Shown piece by piece: positions 1 to 10,359 of a DNA stretch of 64,000 bases. The stretch's first letter is position 1; each line of letters begins with the position of its first letter. The stretch is from Phyllosticta citribraziliensis (taxonomy: Eukaryota), in assembly GCF_038025025.1 (NCBI RefSeq), contig NW_027117345.1, positions 1,674,001 to 1,738,000 on the forward strand, written 5' to 3'. The notes beneath the pieces are model-generated. The model saw only the letters and a list, made by a program, of their open reading frames with translations, was not told where the DNA came from and did not search any database. Position numbers and translations under genes: made by a program.

Positions 1-30
1 TCATGGCCTATTTATTGCCTTTCAACTCAG

Positions 31-248
31 GGAGCATTCAAACGCTATAACCGGTATAGCTGAGGAGCGTTCATACATGTACTCGTTGGACAGGAGGGTA
101 AGGAGCATTTAAAAGATACGACTGGTACAGTCTAGGAGCATTCATGCGTTTACTCCCTATATAGAAGGATAGGGAGCGTTCATAAGCTGCAGTGAGTCGG
201 CTTAGGGAGCATTTAAATGATACTACAGATACAGCCCAGGAGAATTCA
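31..248. repeat. Degenerate tandem array of seven GGAGCRTTYA cores in a TpA-rich (RIP-like) edge region
   Basis: Cores start at 31, 64, 102, 135, 173, 206 and 239 (spacing 33,38,33,38,33,33; the last core is GGAGAATTCA). Spacers of equal length resemble each other. Confidence 0.75.
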
Positions 249-370
249 TACCCACCCCTAACTGCCTAACCCGCCATATGCATATACACATCCTACACAT
301 TCCTAGTAACCGAACCTATCTTCCGTAGCACGTATTTCAATCCATTAAGCAGCCTTAATCCTCACCAAAC

Positions 371-519
371 AGCGGAGTGTCATAGTGGTTAGAGCACATG
401 CTGATGATAGTAGATCATAGAATTGCCCGATTGGGCAAGAACGTAGAACTGAAGTAAACCCTTTCATCCATTATAGACTATTTATCTAGTGATCCTCCGT
501 TCGAACCCAAGCCGCCGCC
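371..519 (+). pseudogene. Possible degenerate intron-containing tRNA / tRNA-derived relic
   Basis: A-box-like TGTCATAGTGGTTAGAGC at 378-395 and B-box-like GTTCGAACCC at 499-508. GCGG (372-375) can pair with CCGC (515-518). Stems are imperfect and no clear anticodon is seen. Confidence 0.2.
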
Positions 520-682
520 GCCCCTGTACCTAGTCTAGTATGCTGGGTTGTCTTTCTGCTGCTCCTTAAGGTGAGTGAGCAGCTTATGCGGCGGATTTTC
601 CAGCCTGCCGCCGACCTCGCGGACTACGTAGCCGCAATCAAGATTGAAGCCGGCCGGGTCTATGCGCACTATAGTTTGCCTA

Positions 683-1598
683 TCAGTCTACACTCCTATG
701 CAAATGCAGGGGAACTTTACCAGGGACGTAGTGGGTTGGGATGGTGCCAAACTCGCAGTCCAAGCCTCTGGCAACGCACCTGGCGCAGGGCCAGGAAAAG
801 TGCGCATGGCAGCGCCGATGCGAGATTGCGCGTTCGCCACAGCGGACAATCTTGTTGCCCCTGGTAGTGGCCTCAAGCGCGGTGTACGCGCGGACGAAAG
901 TGCCCATAGGCGGGGGAGGAAGGCCTTCGGTCGCCCAATGGGGGGGAGGGCCGTCAAGGGGCCGTTTACCCCAGCCTTTGATGTCCTTGACCTTTTGTGC
1001 ATGTTCGGCCGTGATGGGCGCGAGCTGGGCGGGAGTCGAGGGTGGCGGCGGCGGCGGCGGAGCGGCGAGAGCAGGGTCAGGGGCTGCATGGCCCAGGGGA
1101 AGCTGGCCAACAGCTGGAGCTTGGTGGTGGTGGTGGTGCTGGTACGGCAGCTGCGGTGGCATGTTGTAAGGGTTGTCGGGACCCTGAGCGTTCTCGGCGG
1201 CGTGCAGCAGCTGGAAGTTTGCCATCGAATTCACTGTGATTCATGAGTTAGAAGATCCTACTGACAGAAGAGTAAACAAAGTACTGACCTGGCACCACTC
1301 CTGGCACCACTTGCTCCTGAGGAGCTTGCAGCTGCGCGTACTGCGCCTGCATGTGCTGCTGCTGCTGCTGCTCCGTGTTCTGGAGGCCGTCCTGGGGGCC
1401 ATCCTGGAGCTCCTGGCGACCATTGTGATGATCGATGCTGCGTCAGAGACACCGCGCCCACTCGAGAGCGGCCCAGGAAAGGTTTTTCATCCCACGAAAG
1501 CGGTCCGGGAGCGGCGTGTTCTCCTCGTGCCTCTCCAGGTTGGTCTCGTACTCAGCAAAGAGCCTGCTGCATACTGGACACTCGCATTCTCCTGGCAT
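683..1598 (-). pseudogene. Two-exon Q/P/H-rich gene with a damaged Zn2Cys6-like cluster; probable pseudogene
   Basis: ATG at 1598 (MPGECECPVC...), in-frame TGA at 1445-1443, then the frame continues through a polyQ segment. A canonical intron at ~1234-1288 (GTCAGT..CTAAC..CAG) joins in frame to ORF 683-1234, which contains CGER-AISHRRC-HAHFSWP-CARC-VARGLD-C (second Cys replaced by Arg). Confidence 0.55.
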
Positions 1599-2159
1599 GA
1601 TGTGGCGATGATGAGGCTCAAATAGGTCGAGATGGGGTAGGGCGAAAGAATGGCAGGTGAGTGTTGAGGTGATGCGAAAGGTGGTGGGATGGACAGGCTC
1701 TGAGTGGGCAGTATGGAAAAACATTGACCACCAAACGAAGTAATTGCTGTCGCCCTCCAGGCGCAACGCCGGCGCCTGTTTTGACCCTAGCCTCGACAAG
1801 ATAGGCCTCTTCTTCCATCAACACTGTATGGACCAACCTCGACATTGGACAGTAATTCCCACATGATGGAATTATCTGAGTTGCCTGCAGGTACGTGAGC
1901 TTTACCGCGAGCCACGTGGCGTTCGTATCAAGGAGAGAAAGCAAATACGATTCGAGACTGAAGATGACAGCAAGGAAACTTCCACCGGCTCCTGGGCCTT
2001 TCGTCGAAACGCAAACCACTCTGGGATATTGAGCACAGCTCATCCGGTGCAAAGCGCTATTGCGCCAAAACACTTCTTTCAGCGGATCTCTCTCCCCAAA
2101 CAAAGAAATTGCGGCCCAGGCTCTTGAAACTTGTCGTAAGGTCATGAATCATTCATCCC

Positions 2160-2547
2160 TCATATGGGTATCGCATTACTGACAGCGCCACTTGTATCAG
2201 CAGGCGCGGCGAGCATCCTGTCCGGTGTTAACGAGTGCCCTTCGACGAGAATCGCACGGCTTACTTCTTGCCCGCGTCTGTGGCACAACATCCACAGAGG
2301 AGCGACGCTGGCCAACACACAACGGCCAGGCACACGGCGACGGCGAATCCAATCGTGGGGCCGACAACTTTACAATGGCAAGGGTTTTGGTTGCTGGCAA
2401 GGATTGATCAGGTCCACATTCCGCTGGAGGTCATTGAAGAGGCTGCATACGTTCCGCACTGGAAGCAGACAATCTGAAGAATTTGTTAGGCCCAGGACGT
2501 TTCAAAACAAGGCGCAAACGACTTACAGGAAGCGGGATACAATCCAT
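2160..2547 (-). CDS. 76-aa cysteine-rich small membrane protein, 4 coding exons
   Basis: Exons 2547-2527, 2473-2451, 2393-2265 and 2217-2160. Three GT-AG introns (53, 57, 47 nt) with branch sites splice in frame to MDCIPLPIVCFQCGTNQNPCHCKVVGPTIGFAVAVCLAVVCWPASLLCGCCATDAGKKMLAAPADTSGAVSNAIPI*. Confidence 0.85.
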
Positions 2548-3656
2548 ATTTGCAAGAGGAAAGCTGAAGCTGGGCAGGAACGAGCACCGCGAGAGTGAAT
2601 TCCAACGAAACGGGGCAACAAGAGAACGCGATCACCAACAGAAACACCAGCACAAGGTTGCTGGAAGAGAGAGGTAAGGCGTAGGTCGTGAGCTGATGTT
2701 GGAATTGAACGCCTACTGACGTCATGCCATGGTTTAACCGAACGCGCTAGCATATTGATAGGAAGCAGCTCCGAAATCCCCGACAGAGCAACACCACAGA
2801 AGCATCGCGTACTACTGCCAGCGGCACCTTCGGAGAGCCTCTTCTGCAATTGGAATACAGAGCAGACACTGGGAGCGACCCTTCTTTCAATGCCACCATG
2901 CCTTGGGAAAGGGATCACTTGGCAAAAACCACCCAAGCGAAACGCAACTCTTGCGGCGTGCTAGACTGAGGTGCTGGATAGGACAAGCGTGAATCCTACA
3001 GTCGTTGACACAGCAAAGTTTGAGACCATCGACTTGATTGGACTGGGACATCCTGGAGGCCAAACATCAACACCGGCAGAGAGCGCTTCGGGGTCGCCGT
3101 CGATCTTGGGAGCCGGACGCGGGACGGCTGGCAGTGATCGAGCCGGCGGATCAAACGGACGGGTGAGGACAGCGAACTCCCGAGCGCCTCCGCTACCTCC
3201 GTGGAGCACATGTGGTGGAGGAGACTGACGCTTGTTTTTATTTGGTCGGCACTTGAACCCCAGCAAACCAGTGACCACAGCGCGGGCCGTTTCCACTCCA
3301 GGCTCGATACGAGCGCAAGAGGCTTGGGGGACACCTCTACGGCCGCTCCTTATGGGAAAGCGGCAAAAAAGCGTGGCCGCGGCTCGATTACTCATATGCT
3401 GGACCTGCTCCTTTTCGGCATCGCCGACACACCCTGGATGTGACCATGACCATGTTTGTGGGCATTGTGTGGTCTTCTGCGCCGATGGCTCTGTGATTTC
3501 TCAACTCTCTCGGCCATTAAACCCTGCGAGAAACCCCGCGGGGGCAGAGTCCGGCATCAAAAACAAGAAGAAAAAATGAATCTTGTATCGCAGCCCGGGC
3601 ATGGTAAACCACCCGGAAGCCTGGCAGTGAGACATCCTAGCCTCACTGTATGCTGG

Positions 3657-3664
3657 CATATAAA
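3657..3664 (+). promoter_or_regulatory. TATA box of the MFS transporter gene
   Basis: CATATAAA ~125 nt upstream of ATG 3787. Confidence 0.5.
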
Positions 3665-3786
3665 TCTGGCGTGTCACAGATCCTTTGAAGCAATTTCGGA
3701 AGGCTTGTTCGAATCCAGTCGCAGTCATCTTTCTTTGAACCTCTGCCCCTGAGTGTTTTTCTAGAGTATTTGAAAGATTTACAGAC

Positions 3787-5574
3787 ATGGCCAACGACGA
3801 TGAGAGGAATACGACGCCGGATAGTCCACATGTAAAGCAAGATCATGACCGGCTGTCTCTCGACGTTGAAAAGGCCAGTTTGAGCGTTGGGGAAGACAAC
3901 AACAGCAACCCACCAACAGTGTCCTGGGATGGCCCCGATGACCCAGAAAATCCACGCAACTGGAGTCACTTGAAGCGTGCGGTGGTTACGGGTGTGATAG
4001 GCCTGGTGGCATTCATCGTGTAAGTGACGTGCCTATCCATCACTTTCGACATCCAAGTAATAAGCACATCCAGCTCCCTCGGGTCCTCTGCCTACACACC
4101 AGCAGTGTTCGAGATTAGAGAGAAGTTCAACGTATCCACAACCGCTGCTCTCCTCGGCCTTTCCCTCTACGTCGTCGGATTGGCCTTTGGGCCCATCATG
4201 GCGGCGCCAATCAGCGAGACGGCAGGACGCAACGTCGTCTACATCACCACCTTCCCCGTCTTCATGCTCTTCACCATGGGCGCCGGGTTCTCAGATTCGT
4301 TCGGATCGTTGCTGGTGTGCCGTTTCTTTGCAGGCTTCTTTGGCGGGCCGGTCATGGCCGTCGGCGCAGGGAGTGCTGCGGACATGTACGCGGATCGGTG
4401 GCAGATTGTTGGCACAGCGGCGTACATAACATGGCCTTTTTTGGGTCCGTCATTAGGGTACGCAGTGGCATCTCTCATCCCCGTCCAAGCCTTTCAAACA
4501 CGACACTGACCATTCGAACAGGCCCATCGTCGGGGGCTTCGTCGCCGAGCACAAAGGCTGGCGCTGGACGCAATGGACCATCCTGTTCGGAGCCCTTCCA
4601 ATCTACCTGATGACGCTCTGCATCCCCGAGACGTACGAGAAGACGCTCATGAAGCGCCGCGCCAAACAACGCGGCTTGCCTCCGCCCCGCAGAGAATATG
4701 AAGGCGCCGCCGCCCTCAAATTCTTAATCTCGGTCACGCTCATCCGGCCGATGCACATGCTCCTCGTCGAGCCGATTGTCACGTTCATCAGCTTCTACTG
4801 CGCCTTCTGCTTTGCCGTGCTCTTTGCCTTCTTCGAGGCGTACCCGCTCGTGTTTGGCGGCATCTACGGGTAAGTGACCGAAGACTCCATCGCCTTCGTT
4901 GTGTCGCCATCCAGACTGACCTTCAGCACAGCATGTCGCTCTCGCACGGCGGACTTCCCTTCCTCGGCATCGCAGTCGGCGTGCTCATCGCCGTCGTAAC
5001 CGCGCTCTGGGTCGACGAGAAGTGGTACCAGCCGCAGCGGCGGGCAGCGCTGGCGGCGGGCAAGAAGCAAGCGGCGCCCGAGCACCGGCTGTACGTAGCC
5101 ATGATGGGAAGCCTGGGGATGCCCGTGGGACTCTTTTGGTTTGGGTGGACGGCGCGCGCCGACGTGTCGTACTGGAGTCCCCTGCTGGCCGGCGTACCTT
5201 TCGCCTGGGGCACCATGGCCATCTTCATCGGCACCAGCAACTACATGGTCAACACGTACGGCCCGCTGACGTGCGCGAGCGTCTTTGCCGCCTTTGGCTT
5301 TGTGCGTTACGTACTGGGTGCTGCTTTCCCGCTGTTTACCATTCAGAGTACGTCTCGTTCTGTCCCATCACTTTTCTTTCTCTCCTTTTCCACCGCCTTG
5401 TCTGCGCATAATGCTAACCAAATAATCCCCACAGTGTACACAAACCTCGGTGTCGACTGGGCGTCGAGCCTCTTAGCCTTCATCTCGCTTGCGCTACTGC
5501 CAATCCCCTGGGTGCTGTTCAAGTGGGGCCCCAAGATCAGGTCCATGAGCCGCTACGACACAATTGCAGACTAG
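3787..5574 (+). CDS. MFS drug:H+ antiporter (DHA1 family), 5 exons
   Basis: Exons 3787-4019, 4074-4457, 4522-4869, 4932-5347 and 5435-5574 splice in frame. Motifs VSWDGPDDPENPRNWS, GPIMAAPISETAGR, RFFAGFFG, PEHRL and C-terminal PIPWVLFKWGPKIR; many TM segments. Confidence 0.93.
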
Positions 5575-6323
5575 ACTGCCCCCTGTCAGCTCGACCCATT
5601 CTTAGAAAGAAAAAAGAGCATCTGCTTTTCAGACGACAAGATTTTCTCTTATCGCTAGCCAGACCGATGACTTCAAATGTCAAGCAAGTATTCCTTGTCG
5701 GCTTCTCCGCTCGATCTTTTCCTCGGATTTCCGTGTTGGTATAGGCGTTTAATCTGTTTTAGTGGTCGAGAGGCACTTCGACCACGTGCGGACAAATTGT
5801 TTTCACATATACCCGGGACGTGGAATGTAATTCGGGCACTCCATGACATGCCGTCTAGCTAAGTGCAGATATAGATACCATACTAGAATCTAGATGTCTT
5901 GTTTTCCATGCGACTCAAGAAGAATTTGCAAAACGACAACCGGTCCATGTACGGAGGGTACCTGGATTGTCAGTCCTCGTCCAGCCAATGCTGAATACAC
6001 GAATGCTCGCCGTCCCCCTCTCTGCGTCCTATGGAGACGCTCTAAACTACCGCCATCGGAGCGCATTAAGCCACCTTGTCCTGAAACCCCTCAGGCATAC
6101 GAAACCTGCCTGCTCCTATACAGACAGAGCATTTCCCCTCTTTCACACTCAACATGTTCCATTGCTTTGATTGTGGTTGTGATTGATGTAAGCGAGGACT
6201 ACCCTATCTTACCTGACTACCAAACGTGCGGTGCCTCTCGTTCATCCATCCATCCTATTTCAGTCAATTCATGCCGTCGTGAGACAAGATAGGGGGGCAA
6301 AACAACAGCCCAGCAAGGCCCAA

Positions 6324-6356
6324 AAGAAGAAGAAGAAGAAGAAGAAGAAGAAGAAG
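6324..6356 (+). repeat. (AAG)11 microsatellite downstream of the PDE gene (likely its 3' UTR)
   Basis: Direct reading of the sequence. Confidence 0.95.
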
Positions 6357-6551
6357 CAAAGCGAAAAAAGTCCAAGCGAATCCGTTCCAATCCAGTCCAG
6401 TCCAACGCAGTGCGTGCCGTTCCATGCAACCCCAGAACCGCCCATTCACCCATCCACCCACCCCCTATATCCAATCCCAAAACCCATTCAAGCCAGGATA
6501 TTCCCACGTCAAATACACCAAAAAGCCCAAGAGAACCAGCTCAGAAAAGAC

Positions 6552-8857
6552 TCAAAACCAATAACTCCCACCATGCTTGCTGATGACAAACTCGCAGCCG
6601 AGCGGCTTTCCGAATTGCTCCGCGCAGACCCTCTCGTGCTCTTGCAGCTCGGCAAGGATCCGCTCGCCGACAAGCGGCCCGTCCGTGTGCGTATCTTTGA
6701 CGTGGATGATGATGACGCGGAGGCCTTTGAGCGGTGGCGGCGGAGGCGGCGCAGTCGATGCCGATGCCGCTGCCGCTGCGACTGTAGTTGTGGCGGCCGA
6801 TGCCGTGAGGGTGGCGATAGTGCTGGTTGTCGGCGCGGGAGCATGTTCTGATGGCCCCAGCATGAAGGAAGCGCGGCGGCTGAGCGGATGTGGATGGGGG
6901 AGAGGGTGATGGTTGAGCGTGGGCTGGTGGGCTGCTGCTGCTGCTCCTGCTCCATCTAGAGTTACGGCGCCAGTGATTGGGGAAGCACTCGACATGCCGC
7001 CAGCGACGGAGATAGAGAGAGACGGGGTTGGAGGTTGTTGGTGTGTCACCGCCTGCTGTTGCGGGTGTAGACGAGGCGTATCTGGACCAGGAGTGCTCGT
7101 TGCGGAGGCAACGGGCGTGTCGAGGTAATCGCGCGCATACAAGCGCTCACCAGGAGATAGTAGCTGCGGCGTTGTGGATGTGGCAAAGGCCGCAGAGGTG
7201 TTGTTTGTTGTAGTTTCAACCGTGGTTGTCGAGGTGCGCGCAGATAGGGCGGCTGCAGTCAACTGGCTGGCTGCCACCGACTTCTGGCGCGAGCGGCTGC
7301 GGCGTCGGCTGTGCTCGTCCTCATTGCCAGACAAAAAGCCATTGGGTCCGCTACGCTTGCGTTTTCGACTTTGACGAAGTTCTTCGCGCTCGCGTTCAAG
7401 CTCTTTGCGCGCTTCCCTAACCATGTCCGCCAGGTATTGCAGCTCAGCGATCAAATGTCGCGGGGCAAGATGGCCAAACAGAACAGCATCTCCTTGCGCA
7501 TCTGTATAGCTACACTCAATGAAGACGCCTGTGAGGATACCCGCAGCGATTTTGGGCGCCGCCTCCTGCCAAACATGGGCCGTGCGCGGAGACAAAGACA
7601 GCGTGTCTGGCTCGACATCGCCGAATATTAGTATCTCTCGCGCAGGCGTTGGACGGGAAGAGACGGCACTGTAAGGCGAACCCAACTCTGTGCGGATAAA
7701 GTAGGCAGAGCTGTCGATGATGCACTGCTGCACCCCGTCAATCTGCGGCATAGAGGTCGGCTGTTGTGCTGAGAACAAAGGGGTCCCAGGCTGCGACGGT
7801 TGCGAGATGGAAAGCGATCTGCCATCCGTCGCAGTCGCAGGATGTCCATGCGCGAGCGTATTCAGCCCAGTCTCTGACATTTGGGCGCTGCTTGCCCGGT
7901 GGATGTGTCCAGGTCCTCTCATACAGTTCCCGTGGCTGACTTTGAAGCCCTTGACGCCCAAGCCATCGCACACTTCAATGAAGCCTCTGCTGTGTCCATC
8001 TCCCAACGCAATGTTTCCACCCTCGGCAAGTCTTTGGAACGTGACAAATCCAACGCCGCCATCCTCATCTGTAAGGTTTGGCCATATGACGTCATTGAAA
8101 ATATGAGTCTTGATCGAATTCACAGTGAAAGGCAACGCGGCGAGGCGCTTGGGTTTCGACGTATTGTGGAATGCGGCAGTATTGATGACGAAGCCAGACA
8201 GGTGGTCCAGATGGGGATGTGTTATGAGATATGTAGCCACATGCTCCCGAACGACATGCACCGCGTTTGCGCGTGCCGACACATTTGGAAATGGCAATCC
8301 AGCAAAGGGTCCAGCCTCGAGCGTAGTGATTGGAGGCGGAGGCGTCGCGGATCGCCATGAAGCCCCGTCCGAGCTGTTGTCTGTGGAGAGGTCCTGCGGC
8401 GAGGAGCCCGTGTTGGTAGGGCTGGGGGACTCGTCCGTTTCATCGAAATGGACCCTTGCCGTGACAGGACTGGTTTGATCGACGGTGGGAAAGTCATGCT
8501 CCAGTATTCGGGTAATGGCCGACAAATGGGTCCCTGCATCCACGGCTAATATCGAGTTCTTGGACCATTTCGATGCCGTAGCCCGTACCAGAAAGCCCGT
8601 CACACTGTCTTCGCTCGGACCGCCACCGGCTCCCTACATTTCGCCGTCAGCAGAGCCATCGTTTTCTCCCCTGTCAATCACTGTGCGGTGGGAAAGATGG
8701 GCAGAACCACCAGTCGAGGCGCATCTGGTAACAGTCTTGATAATCACTCAACCGCGTTGCAGCAAAGCTTGTCCCGCTATCCAACACTTACCAAACAAAT
8801 CACCTGAATGGCTGCATCCTTTGGGGGGTGCTCCGCGTCTCCATCGGTTTTCTTCAT
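6552..8857 (-). CDS. PDE1: Low-affinity class II cAMP phosphodiesterase
   Basis: Exon 1 8857-8792 (MKKT...AIQVICL), intron 8634-8791, exon 2 begins GAGGGPSED. Class II motifs LAVDAG, ITHPHLDHLSG, HIFNDVIWPNL, IFGDVEPD, IECSY, LFGHLAP and IIHVKD. Confidence 0.92.
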
Positions 8858-10359
8858 GAAGTCGGCGAGGAGCCGGGGGTTCTACCAAGCGCAAGTCTTG
8901 TTCGTGCTAGTGTGGACCCCTTGTCTCGCGCGGATACCGTTGGTATGGCCAGCCCACAGCTTGGCTGGAGATGGAAGCGGGTTTGCCCGTCCGTCCGGAT
9001 GCTTGGAATCTGGGCGGGCGGCTTTGACCTTTGCGCAAGCTCGAGGTGTCGAATGACGGGTCTCTAGTGTCGGTCTTTCAGGCGCTGAGGCTTTGGTACG
9101 TGGCCGTGGACAAAGACCAGTGGCATCCGACCCTTGGGTATGATCAGATGGGTGCACCGTATTCGAAGCAAGGCCTCAGACAGATTGGCAAATGCAGGCC
9201 AAAAGTTGAGGCGGGTAGCGGAGTGACTGCAGCGAGGACTGGCTAGATGGTCTTGGATCGAGGCAAGTGTCGGATGCGCCAAAAGACGTGGGCTGGCAGC
9301 GGATGTCTCAAAGGATATACCTTTGCGCCTATAATCTCTGCGATAGGCACCAGCTTATGGATAGCAGCAGGCGGTCCCTGTGGGCGCACGGGTTTTGGAA
9401 TCGCTGGGATCGCGTCGTGGAATGCGTCGAGGCGGGCGACGTGGTGCGGGCCGGTCGACCTGGATCGTGTGGGGGTGCGTCAAAGAGTGCCGAGCATGGC
9501 TCTTTCCAACCCAAAGACGAGAGCGATGGCAAAGGAAAGGAAATTGGGAGGAGGGCGGGCCGTTGTGGTGCGGTAAGGCAAGGCGTAGAGTTGAGTAGAC
9601 CTGACAGGCTCGACGGCGGCGCGCAGGCGCCCTGCGAGGACCTGAAGCCAAGCGGTTGGTGCCGGGACCAATGGATAAGCACGCGGGTGGTGGCAGGCGC
9701 GCGGGCGAGTGGAGGGGAGGGAACGGCCGCGGGATCAAAAGTATGGAGTTGGGCGAGCAGAGGAGTCGAGGAAGAGAGAGGAAGAGAGGGACAGAGGAAC
9801 AGAGGGCGAGATGGGGAGAGGGGAGTCGGCGGCACAGCAGGTCGTGGCGCGTGTCGCGCTCCCAAGCTGTGTAAGTCCTCGTCCAGTCCAGTCGCAGTTT
9901 TGCGCGACTCGCGTCATAGCTGGCACTCCCCGGAATCTCGTCCACCTCCACTGCCGTGCACATCCCAGTCCCCGTCATGTGATTTCCTCCAGATCAGGTC
10001 CCGTCAGGTCCACCATCCCACCCACGATCAGATCACCGCAACCCCAGCAGACAGATCTCCTGTGCGTCATGCACTAATCCCAACTGCCGACCCCACGCCC
10101 CAACCAGCCCCCATCATCCAGGAACACGTTCACAGCAATACCAGGATGCTGCTTGCTTGTCAAGTTGGGGGAATCAATTTTTTGGTGCCCATTCGCTGCC
10201 TATCATAGAGCTACAGCACATCATGTCGTAAACCTTTGCTGAAAACAGCACTCGTCGTAAACCCATCCCGCCGTAAAACAAGCAATGCTGGAGAAGCCCT
10301 TCTATGCCCGCAGCAATGCAACGGTCCGACAGCCCTCGTCTCTACCGTCTTCAACTCGT

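Noticed and set aside
31..248. CRISPR array or Gly-Ala-Phe repeat protein reading of the edge array
   Set aside because: The repeats are only 10 nt, the spacers are mutually similar, there are no cas genes and the genome is eukaryotic. The 38-nt spacing and stop codons break any coding frame.
1618..2145. 175-aa minus-strand ORF
   Set aside because: No recognisable motif or codon bias; it lies in the 3' flank of the micro-gene.
2961..3470. Possible Zn-cluster relic (RVCRRCRK) divergent from the MFS gene
   Set aside because: Only one CxxC, followed quickly by a stop; the remaining cysteines are not recoverable.
9267..10208. 313-aa plus-strand ORF
   Set aside because: Low-complexity purine-rich translation of the PDE upstream region; no domain.
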